Made by a program: the position numbers and the translations under genes
In this document: positions 13,865 through 26,003 of the stretch, piece after piece
Position numbering within the stretch: position 1 is the stretch's first letter
Layout of the letters: every line of letters starts with the position of its first letter
The notes under the pieces: model-generated
What the model saw: only the letters and a program-made list of their open reading frames with translations
Databases searched by the model: none
Told to the model about the DNA's origin: nothing
Assembly: GCA_951406725.2 (NCBI GenBank)
Contig: OX597828.1
Span: 57,970,001-58,034,000 of the forward strand
Length of the DNA stretch: 64,000 bases
Reading direction: 5' to 3'
From: Octopus vulgaris
Taxonomy: Eukaryota

Positions 13865-14472
13865 GTGCAGAAGAATTACAATATGTGATAATATTCTTTC
13901 ACACTCTCTCACTTCAGGAATATCCTTGCATGTAAAGCTTGCGGAAATCTTTTACAAAACTTTCACTGCACACTATTATCATACACTTTCTCTGTTTTAC
14001 ATCACCATCGTACAGACTGCTGGAAATGTAACTCATTAGTATTGTTGTAAATGCTAGTCACAGATAACTTCTATTTGGCTATCTACATAAATATTATTGA
14101 AACAATATTTTTTAAAAATATACGCAGCTAAAAATCATACCTCACCATAGCTATTCAGGCAACACATATGAATACAGTGTTTTCACCTATTGTGGATCAA
14201 GAGAGATAAGAAATGTGCTTTGCTGGAAGCACATTAATATTTTATAGAAGACTGAATTATGACCTTTCTTTCTTACCCTCATCGCATTCATCTATGAACT
14301 GCTGCTTCTCATAAACACACGCACGCACACACACACAGGTATATACTCCTACGCCTAAGAAATACAATTATGCATAAAAACTCTAATATTCCCAGTTAGA
14401 ATTTATGAGTGATGTGTCTGTGTGTTTGTGTTTTCTCTCTTACAATTTGAATAGAAAACTGGAGACCAACGT

Positions 14473-14531
<59 letters not shown>

Positions 14532-15779
14532 TGTAGTAGTAGTAGTAGTAGTCGTAGTCTGCTAACAATCCCACAAACCATGTAGCTTTGATTCTAAATT
14601 GAGCTAATATCAGTTCACTTCATGTTTTCCGTGATTTCCGACTATATTCCAATAGTTCAAGTTGTGGTAGACGCTGTCGGTTTCTACTTATTCTCCACAC
14701 ATTACGTGGAGCCGAAGCCCTTACCAACAATCCAACGTTTCTTTTAGAAACATATTCTAGTACTTTCCAGTGCGAGATGTTTCAGCTGTTGTTGATGGTT
14801 TTGTTGTTTATTATCGTTATGTTTTTGCCGTTGCTTTAATTTGTTTCTTACAAATAGATTCCCGGTAACACGTTGTCCTTGAGCAAGACAATTTACTTCA
14901 TGTCACTCCAGTCCACTTATTTGATAAAAATGACCAGTACCTGTATTTCAAAGGGTCACCCTTGTCACATTCTATTTCTTTATTACCCACAAGGGGCTAA
15001 ACATAGAGGGGACAAACAAGGACAGACAAACGGATTAAGTCGATTACATCAACTCCAGTGCGTAAATGGTACTTAATTTATCGACCCCGAAAAGATGAAA
15101 GGCAAAGTCGACCTCGGCGGAATTTGAACTCAGAACGTAACGGCAGACGAAATACGGCTGCGCATTTCGCCCGGCGTACTAACGTTTCTGCCAGCTCGCC
15201 TTGTCACATTCTGTGTCATGCTGAATCTCCCTGGGAACTACTTTAAGGGCACACGTGTCTGTGGCGTGCTCAACCACTTGCTCATTAATTTCACGAGCAT
15301 TCATTTTTGTTGTCACAGTTTTTGACATTTTGAAATTAAGTGAAAATTTTCAAACTTGTTATGAAAATGTAATTTTTCACGCAGAATCGGATTTTGTTAT
15401 TCACTTGTTCCATAGAAATTTTAGGAAAATTCTATAGCGGTTTAAATCTCGATAACTTTTACCTAATCAGCAAACAGGATTTAGAAGCTGACATTTTGTG
15501 CGTGAGAGCTGTCTTTCACAAGATTACGACGACAAACTTGTAAGAAGTTTTGAAGATTTAATAAGTTTTAATGAATAAAGTCATGTGAAATGTTGGAACA
15601 CGCATGTAAAGAATATGAAAACGGAAAATCTTCAAGGAATTTTCTTTGTGTGAAAAATTACAGTATAATCTGTAGGTTAAATTACCAAAAAAAGAACGCA
15701 TTTCAGTTCATGTAAACAATAAATATTTTGTAGTGAAAATTCAGACACAAAAATTATAACCATCAATTTCAGAAACGTG

Positions 15780-16358
15780 CGAGTAGGCCTTTGAATAATC
15801 AAAGAAAATTATAGTTCCTGGAAGAAACGACTGACGTATACATTCTTCTAGAGAGTCGTAATTCCGATAACACACCTCGTAAAGAAAAGCATATCTGGTC
15901 TCGCGACACATACCTCCGAAATACCCATTGCTCAGGTAACAAACGTCCTTCCTTGGTTGTATTTACGTCTTGAGAAGACTGTTTTGTCTACCTGGAAAAT
16001 TTCCTAGGATCACCTACCTGAACATTATTGCGGATCAGGTCCTCTGCACATATTTTATAAACATTGCTGTAATCAACAGCTTTTCAATGTTTCATCCCCG
16101 ATTCTTCAACATTAAACCGGACTTAAATCAATTCTTGGATCCATGAGTAAATGAGAAAAAGCAGTTCAATTCTAAAAGGAAGGGGACCACCATCCAACCA
16201 TGCATTTTTTTTTTGACAGACACACACTTGTATCCTTTTCGGAGGCACCACCAGTAAATTTTCTCGCGAAGCATCTTATTCATATTGTGTATTTTTGTAC
16301 AATTTTCTCTTAGTGATAAGACCCTTCTCTTGCAATTAAGAAATGGCATCCTCCTCAA
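15780..16358 (-). mobile_element. Merlin (IS1016/ISXO2-like) transposase remnant
   Basis: Minus-strand fragments ICAEDLIRNNVQVGDPRKIFQVDKTVFSRRKYNQGR...PEQWVF resemble the Merlin motif IGGPG..VEIDE..F.KRKYNRGR...QWVFGG. Upstream WWCLRKGYKCVSVKK is a zinc-ribbon-like remnant. Confidence 0.72.
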
Positions 16359-17269
16359 AAACTGATGGCCCTTTGCAAAAATTTGACACCATATTGATTG
16401 TGGTGTGTGTGTGTGTGTTAATATGTAATAATAAAAGTTTATTGTGTTTTGTTATGCACGTGATAACCCGGTCCGAGAAAAAACTGCCTTACGTGGAACC
16501 GGTCCGTGAAAAAATTGTCTTACATGTAACCGGTCCATGGCGCAAATGAGGTTGCGAATCGCTGCTTTTGAAAATTCAGTGTTGTTAAATAATGGAAGAA
16601 ACTGTTCTGATAATTCTTTTACTATTTTCCCTTTTGAAAATAATTTCATTTCCTCTTTGTTTCAATTTGTTGCTATAAAATAGAATCTTACAAGATTTCG
16701 TTTCCTGGATTTGATGACATCTAATACTACATCTAAACCACAATAAATTTGGCATTAAAAATTCATTACCCCCAAAGTTATCCTATAATTATTTCTTGAC
16801 TCTGAACATTTTCTGACATTTTCATATTGTAATTTTGTGATTTATTTTTTTATTTTTTTTATTTTGCCAAAACTAATTAGTTCGACGTATTATCATGAAA
16901 GCCATTCCACTCCGATAACTCATAAATCCAAGCATTGCTTGGTCTGGTTCAGTTGCTGCCCATTAAATATGGAGCTAAATGCACATTCAGTTTCTGCACT
17001 AAAGACACTTTGATACTCAAAAAGAATATTCAAATCTAATTCATTAATATATATTGTATAATATATATATATATAATAATAATAATAAATATTAGGGAAT
17101 AAATCCAAATTTACAGGGAAAAATCAGATTTAGGATTGAATCCAATTTTATAGTAAAATATTATATAATATTAATTAGAGACAAAACCACTATTTTGCAA
17201 ATCAAAGAAAGAAAGACTTAATCCAATACATAAAAAAATTTTAATATAAAGTAAATAAAATTAAATTCG

Positions 17270-17315
17270 CCACTACAATTGTTTCATGTCTCTTCAAAGG
17301 ACATTCATCGGGTGG
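17270..17315 (-). ncRNA. Hammerhead with one core substitution, in a 300-bp palindrome
   Basis: CCAC-CCGAUGA-AUGUC..GACAU-GAAA-CAAUUG-UA-GUGG. Confidence 0.7.
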
Positions 17316-17449
17316 ATTTCAGATCTTTGAAGAGACATGAAACAATTGTAGTGGCGAATTTAATTTTATTTACTTTATATTAAAATTTTTTTATGTATTG
17401 GATTAAGTCTTTCTTTGTTTGATTTGCAAAATAGTGGTTTTGTCTCTAA

Positions 17450-17512
<63 letters not shown>

Positions 17513-20500
17513 AAGTAAATGTAAGGATAAGCAAGTATATATATTGAGAGAGTAATAATGATCTATCCTGCTATGTGTCAAGATATAACAGGGAAAATGG
17601 CATCATCATAGGAACCAAAATCTTCGAAGCTACCAGAAAGGAAAAGGAAGAAATTGAACAACAGGAGAGAAAGGCTCGACAAAATCAACCTTGTTCTTTA
17701 CCAACATTACCATTCAGTCAATATCATTGATTCTTCTGTGCATGAAATGGTCTACAAAGTCACTAACGCTATCAACCATAAACGAAGCGTTCAGCAAAGA
17801 AGAAACTAAATTCTTGGATACGAAATAAAGCTAACGATAACGACAAATCACTAATAACTAATCTAAGAGAATAATTTACTTAATCTAAATCCCGGTTAAA
17901 TTGAAAGAGCAAGACCTCCTCGAATGCACCAATAGGCTTTGTTGTGTCGATAAGAAGCTGGTTTTCCAATCATATGGTCTCGGGTCCCATTTCCCGTTAT
18001 TTTGGGCAAATGTCTTCTACCGTAGCCCCGGGTCGACTGAAGCCTTGTGAGTAGATCTGCTAGATGGAAACTGAAAGAAGCTCGTTTATGGTGATAGCGT
18101 TAGTGACTTTGTAGACCATTTCATGCACAGAAGAATCAATGATATTGTCTGAATGGTAATGTTGGTAAAGAACAAGGTTGATTTTGTCGAGCCTTTCTCT
18201 CCTGTTGTTCAATTTCTTTCTGGTAGCTTTGAAGATTTTGGTTCCTATGATGATGGATCACCGCATCTTGGTACGGTCTCAGACTTATGTTTCAAATTAT
18301 TTAGGCTATGTTCAGTGGCTTTTAGTATTCTTTTGAGTTGGTCTTTCTATCTTCGAAGAAGCCATCTCCGTGGTTCTTTCCTTGAAGTGAGCTCGCTGAA
18401 TAAGACTTGGTGCAGGAACTTTGACTCTTCCATTTTTGCAACATATGCTGACCATTGAAGAGTGTTTCGTGATCAGCGATTCGATGCTTTGATAGTTGGC
18501 TCTTTCCAGAACTTTCTTGTATAATTCTATATCTAAAAGATATGGAAATTTAATTTCTCATTTTAAAGATATCCAAATTTGAATAACTAAATTTGTGAAT
18601 ATTGTAAATATCCAAATTTGTGTAATATTACATTCATGGTAGTACATGAAAATAGATTTAAAATAATAGAAATATATTTATAAAATTTATTAGCAACGAA
18701 GCACGAACAGAAGATCTCCGACGTCTGTCGCTGAGAATCCCTGCTCCGCCACTGGTTCGGAATAATTAAATGACTGCAAGATCACAATCCCAATAATGTC
18801 ATTCTCATGGTTTCGTAAAATTAAATAACAGCAACTCGGTTTTTCTTTCTATTGGACTAAAAATATGGGAAAAGATAGAGCGCTTTATTTACAGCTGAGA
18901 AGCTACGTTTAAGTTAAGTTCATAAGTGCCAAAAAGGTATTCGTCACTAAACTGGTCGTTTGTATTTGAAGAATTTAGACTTGCGGGGTTTAGGTTAGAG
19001 CTGCTTTTCATGGATGAATCATTTAGTCATCTTAGTCATCACTCGGGTATTCATTCGATCGACCATCTTTGTTTTGATTTTTTTTTTAAGTAACTCTAAC
19101 AATACCAACAACAACGATCATAAAGATGCCAGCGGGAAAAGCTGCTACTAGTGGTCATCTGATCTGCTGAAAATAGCAGCTAAATATCCTAAAGACTATA
19201 ATCAAGCGTCTTAGATAAGAAATACATTGAGAAATGTAATAAGAGGTACATTATATCTAAAGAAAACTAATAAATGGCCGTGGTTGGAATTCTTTTCAGT
19301 ATAAGTTTGTTCAATCAGAACCGACTTAGGAATAAATAAAAACGATCAAAAGAGTTATATTATTTTGACAAGCACAAATGCATAAACGATGCTACACGTA
19401 TTTTTAGCTGTTTGTTTTTATTTGTCAAAACGACACCAGCAGATTGTTTTTCCCTGATCCGTATTTCTTGATTTATGCACCTCTAGCTAACTTTTTTTCT
19501 TTTAGAAATGTATTTGATTTGGTTTTATTTGTAATAAGGTGAAAGTTTGTATTGTAAATTGTGTAATCTTGCGGCAACACTGGGATTCATTGTTAACATG
19601 CAGGCTTTAAGAGCATGCAACTAATTATAGCAGTTACAGACGAACTGACGAACATCGGCCAATAAAATCATTAATCATACAGATGGCATATGAAACAGTA
19701 TTGATCGGTTGGTTGGTTCGCTTTTTGTAAGAACTGGTGAAAGCTCACGAGAGAGAACAACGAGCCAATGCAAAATATCACTAAGCAGTTTGATCGACCT
19801 GCTAAAAACACCAGCCAAATCTACTTTAAATCATATCCTGCTGTCTTATAAAACAAACGGTCACGTTGGTTAACGTCGTCGTAAATACACTGCGTGGGGT
19901 TAAATAACAGCTGAGGAAAGTAATTAGTTACGATCATGGATAACACAATCTGTTGCAATGTGGCTATTTCTGCCACGAGTTCAATCAGAAGAGAGAAATA
20001 CAACTTTAATTGCATATTTGATGGAAGAGACTATTTCTAAATGCTTCTAATTATCTATTGTCTTTAAGGCAGTAATTAATAAGCATAAGCGGAGAATTAA
20101 GTACACTGACATTTCAGTTCCGCACAAATGGTTGGCACTTTGATTAATCGTGTATACCGCAGTCGGAATCCTGTCAAATTGTGGATATCGCAGAATGTAA
20201 CTTTTGCCGATGGTAAATATTACAAAATAGAATTGATGACGGTTTAGAAACTGTCAAAGTTTCTCTGTGGGTTTCAATTAATGATGTGGTAAAGAAAAAC
20301 TGTAAACACCTAATCCAACGAGATAACTTTTATAAAGCTCCATACACCAGCTCACAATGTCAAATCTCTCAGCAAAATCTCTATCTTTAAAATGAGAAAT
20401 CAAATTTGTTGTATCTTGAGAGTTTGTTGATACTAATGATAGCCATCTTATGCTTCACCTGACTGATTATTCTGCAGCACGAATCTATTCAACAACAATA

Positions 20501-21677
20501 CCAACGATAATTGTCTTTAAACAAAATAAGGACACGAGGCAACCTCGTCACCTTTAATTTTAAAATATCTCTCATACCAAACACGACAACAATGCCAATA
20601 TTTCCAATTTCCCAGTTAGTGAACAAGTGTTTAGCTATAATTTCATGACAAAAAAATTAAGATATGATGCTGTTCTATCGCAAGTAACATTCCCACGTAA
20701 TCTGGTACTTATTTCCAAAAGTTAGATAACTCAGGTATATATAATTGATCGCATTGAACATACAGTCAGCATTTCTACTATAGAGGACTTGAACTAAAAG
20801 TCGACCAGCTGGTATCAATAAAGACGAACTTACCACATTTATAACATTCATCAGAGGATAAAGTCCATGATGAATTCCAATAAGAATGGATAGGGCAAAA
20901 TGTATAGTTATCTGTATGTCTGAGGTACTGAACATGTAGGTTCTTCATAAGGTATTCGATCTGCTAACCGTATGATACGAATTTATTGAACGCTGGCAAT
21001 TTCTGAACACTGCATTTGATAGTCGATCTCTGACTATTTCTATCAAATAATCAAACTCGAGATAATTGTCTTTATTTTTGATAATGGAACGCAAGTCTGA
21101 AATAACATCCAACAGAGCAGTCTTAATTAACAAACACTCTGTGAAAGAAAACATCTTTCCTGATTCCTACAATAGTAAGTATATTAAAAGCCATCTCTGC
21201 GTATTAGTTTACCTATATTTAGTTTAATGCTCTATTCCTGGTTTATTTTTACATTAACGAACACAAAGAGTCTTAAGCAATTTCTTTATTCATAAGGTGG
21301 TCAAGATAATTGCTTTCCTCAGACAAATTCGATCTATCTTTGCCAAATGAAAACAACGAACGTTATAAATTACTTGAATGGTTTATGCCAAAATATGACA
21401 TCGTATTTTGTTGTAGATAAAACTTTACCTGCACTTGGTATTTAAGTATGAAGAAAAGAAATTTGTTCCTAAAATATATGTATGCGCTCGCGTGTGCGTG
21501 TGTGTGCATGAGTGTGTATATATATATGCTCAGACACACATATATACATACCTATATGTATGTAAACATATTTATACACAGCTGTATTTATGTTAAGAGA
21601 AATGTTGACGACAGCTTTATAGCTTGTTTTATTATTATGCATATTTTTATATATTTTTCACTTATTTTAAATGACAG

Positions 21678-21851
21678 GAGACCCCAATGGTTATATCTGA
21701 CTCGGATCATAATGTTGCCTTCCAAGCTGTAAAATTCCAGCTGAGCGGAAATAACAGTGAATTATTTGACATTAATTCTGTCTCTGGAGAAATCACAGTA
21801 AACACACCTGGTTCTATTGACTGTGAAACACGTCCTCATTTCAATTTAACA
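21678..21851 (+). CDS. Cadherin exon A (internal, 174 nt, phase 0->0, GC donor)
   Basis: Acceptor gacag|GAG. Translates ETPMVISDSDHN...FDINSVSGEITV...IDCETRPHFNLT (cadherin DxD, F.I...SG.I, DxE motifs). Donor ACA|gcaagt. Same length as paralogous exon E. Confidence 0.88.
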
Positions 21852-22135
21852 GCAAGTATATTTTTATTTTAATTGTAGTGGTTTAACGTATTTGATTATT
21901 TAACTTCACTTCTGAAAGAAAAGATTCCATCGTAAAAAACAGAACTTGGTGTAGTCTATAAATATAATAGTTATTGCTATCATTATCATCATCATTATCA
22001 TAACCATCATCATTATCATTCGCAGTGTTTGCTTCTTCTTGACACAGATTCATAAAGGAAGTGGTTTTGATGACTGCATCGACTGCGATCCATAAAATAT
22101 GCTGTCTGCCACAAAGGACTGAAAGACAAAATACG

Positions 22136-22215
<80 letters not shown>

Positions 22216-23146
22216 CAATGGTTTCAAATTTTGCCACAAGGGCAGTGGGGGTAGGGGATAGTCGATTACATTGACGTCAGTGTTTCACTGGTACTTAATT
22301 TATCGACCTCCGAAAGGATGAAAGGCGAAGTATGTATATATATATATATACACGGAGAGCTTCTTTAGTTTCTTATTTCTTTATTGCCCACAAGGAGCTA
22401 AACAATAGCTAAACATTCTATTATACAGGAAGATGTATTAATTCACTAAGCAAGTTTTAGGGAAGGGATTTGACGATTACATCGACCCTATTGATCCACT
22501 GGTACTTAATTTATCGATCCCGAAAGGATGAAAGGCAAAGTCGACCTCGGCGGAATTTGAACTCAGAACGTAGCGGCAGACGAAATACCACTAAGCATTT
22601 CGCCCGTCGTGCTAACGTTTTTGCCAGCTCGCCGCCTTCAGTTCTTTTCACCAAATCCACTCACAAGGTTTTGATAGGCCCCAGGCTAGAGTAAAAGACA
22701 CTTACCCATGGTGTCACGGAGTGGGACTGAACTCAGAACTGTGTGGTTGGAAAATCCTCACCATACAGTTAAAAACAAAAAAAAAATTTTTGTGCTTTTT
22801 TTGTTAATTTTTTTTAACAAAAATGGCACAATTTTGATCATTTTTTTTTTCTTTTAATCTGTGGAATTCTTTGTCTACACAAGACAATACACTCTTTACC
22901 ACCCACACAACCAGGCGGGTTTCTCCTCTTCTGGATCTGCTGATTTTTCCAATAGATTTATTACTAAATTACTGTGCATATGTACATACAGTATTCGTAC
23001 AAGTATATATGAAGGCGTGTACGTACCCATGCCAACATAATCTGTCATGTAATGATAGCAATGATTTTATCTAAACACTACTAGTAGAAAATTACTTTCC
23101 TGATTTCCTTCTGCAGTTTCTATTCTCATATCATTATTATCCTTAC

Positions 23147-23207
<61 letters not shown>

Positions 23208-23571
23208 ACTATTAGTAATAGTAGTAGTATTTTAGCCCTTAATTTCCCTTTTCTTATTTTATCTATTTTGTTGAGTTTTATTTTTTTGCTTTTACATTTT
23301 TTGCTTCTCTAATTTCCTAATTACCTTAATAATAAAGCGAAATAATTTAATTCTATTTATTAAGACGTGTCTTGCAAATCTCAACATGCAAAGAACAGGA
23401 AGTCTGTATATTTTTTAATATTCTAACTCCAGTGGCAAATTGGCTTAAAAATGGTTAATTAATTGCACAATGTTGCAAGAAGCTCATATTAGCAATATAT
23501 GCGTGAGAGGATATGAATGTGTATGTATGCATACATGTAGTTGTCTGTGTACATATGTTATATAATTTCTG

Positions 23572-23612
<41 letters not shown>

Positions 23613-24353
23613 GGGAGAATTCACAAAAAGATAAAAAATGAAGACAGGTGGTGTAGACAACAAACAGATGTATTAGTATAACGCTCGGAAGTGTAAAAGT
23701 CTTTAACGTTTCGAGCTTACGCACTTCCACAGAAAGGAACACAGAAAGAAACAAGGAGAGAAAATAATGAATGTGTAGTGGCTAGTGATCTATGCATATA
23801 CTCGCATGCACATCCTCCATCCACACACACATACATATATGATAGATAGATAGATTGTGCCTGTATACATATATATGTGTGTATATATATATATTTATAT
23901 ATCTAATGAAGGATAAAATTTTTTTCGAAAAAAATATATTCCTTTTCAAAAAAAATTTTATCAATGGTCAGCATATCAAAAAATACTTTTAAAGGTTAAA
24001 TCTATAAACAATTCATAATTAAGGGCAAACGAAAAAATTTCTAATGCCAGATATGCCGAAAAATTGGACATATTGTCCATTAACCATATAATTTTTTCAC
24101 AATATGCACGCTACTCGAAAATGTGCACGCTACTCACAATATGCACGCTACTTTCGAGTAGCGTGCATATTGTGAAAAAATTATATGGTTAATGGACAAT
24201 ATGTCCAATTTTTCGGCATATCTGGCATTAGAAATTTCTTCATTTGTCCTTAATTATGAATTATATATTTATATATTTATTTATATATATATTTATATAT
24301 ATTTATATATATATACATATGTATATATATATATATATTGTAAACATATATAC

Positions 24354-24393
<40 letters not shown>

Positions 24394-25251
24394 AAAGAAA
24401 GCTACCATCGATCACTGATTTGCAAGAAGCAAAATAGCTGAGCTAGTTGTAAAACCTCAAGAAGAGATCAAAGTAGAGACTATATTAAGAAGTTGAGTCA
24501 GCTGCCACATCATAGTGGCTGTTCTATGTTAGTACTATTTTAATCCCAGGCAGATTATCCGCCAGTCGGTTATCGGTGCGTCTCTGCACCCTTTATACGC
24601 AATATATATTGTTAGCAAGGGGAGCGAACCCCTACTAGTAGTACCATGGAACGGCCACTTAGATGTGGCGACCGACTTTACTTTTTAGTATAGTTACTGC
24701 TCTGATCTCGTCTTCAGATTTTACAACTAGCTATTTTTCTCGTTGAAATCATTGACTGATAGTCGCTTTGTTTACAATATATTATTTACTGAAACGTACT
24801 CTGGCTTTCGCTCTGAGGATGAGGATCCAAATAACTCGAAACTGAGTCATTTTCCCAATCTCGTTACCTGCTAGAGGGTGGTAGGGGTTCGCTTTGCCTG
24901 CTGACAATATATATTCTGTACAAAGGGTGCAGAGTTGCACCGATAACCAGTTGGCAGATAATCTGCCAGGGTGTAGACGCGTAGTAACATGGAACAGCCA
25001 CTTTGATGTAGCGACTGGTTTTACTTTATATATATATATAATTATATATGTATATCTATTTATATACATATATGCACATACAAATAAACCTGAATATATA
25101 TATATTTTTTTTTTCACTTGTGGTTGTGTGTTAATATATATATATATATAGATAGATAGATAGATATACATAATACATATATACATACATATATATATAT
25201 ATAAAATATATATAAATATATACATATATATATACATATATATATGCATAC

Positions 25252-25304
<53 letters not shown>

Positions 25305-25543
25305 CAAAAATGTATGTACATATATAAATACAAATATATATACATATATACATACACACATATATAATTATACATATATATATATATACATATATATATA
25401 CATATATATATATATCGTGAAGTATATTTGCCATTTCAATATATTTGCGATGTGTTACCGCTACTGTATATAACACACTTTGATATTTATCATTGTCATA
25501 TATATATAAATATATATATACACACATATATATATATATATAC

Positions 25544-25640
<97 letters not shown>

Positions 25641-25750
25641 GAAACAGACTGAGAGATTGTTTGGAGTTTTATTTTCCCTTTCAATTTGCTTTTTCTATTC
25701 TATTATACAGGAAGATGTATTAATTCACTAATTTTTCACTTGTTTTATAG

Positions 25751-26003
25751 ATTATTTCATATAATGTGGTTGAACCTCAGCTTAAAACCCAAGCGTCTTT
25801 AATTATTAACGTGACAGATGTTAATGATAACGCTCCCGTGTTCAAGGGACGGATGGAATTCTACTCACATCCTTCTGCACCTGTTAATTCAACGCTGGGG
25901 AAAGTTGCTGCAAAAGATAATGATTATTCGTCAATTAATAATCAAATCGACTACTTTTTACTGAACGGAAGTTTTGATAAGTTTACCGTCGATAAAAAGT
26001 CAG
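25751..26003 (+). CDS. Cadherin exon B (253 nt, phase 0->1)
   Basis: ttttatag|ATT ... TCAG|gtaact. IISYNV...INVTDVNDNAPVF...VAAKDND...DKFTVDKKSG, with a canonical DxNDNxPxF. Confidence 0.93.

Noticed and set aside
20675-21154. Two adjacent in-frame minus-strand ORFs in non-repetitive-looking sequence (also 49773-49955)
   Set aside because: No recognisable motif or splice support; lengths are compatible with chance or a very old transposon.
24782-25684. Long ORFs rich in Y/I/H/T/C/V (also 34271-35593, 54654-55438, 56190-56877 and others)
   Set aside because: Translations of (TA)n, (CA)n and (GATA)n microsatellites; no splice or domain support.
25711-25716. Possible 6-nt microexon ag|GAAGAT|gt
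   Set aside because: The downstream intron would be only 34 nt, and the A/B junction aligns with E/F without extra residues.
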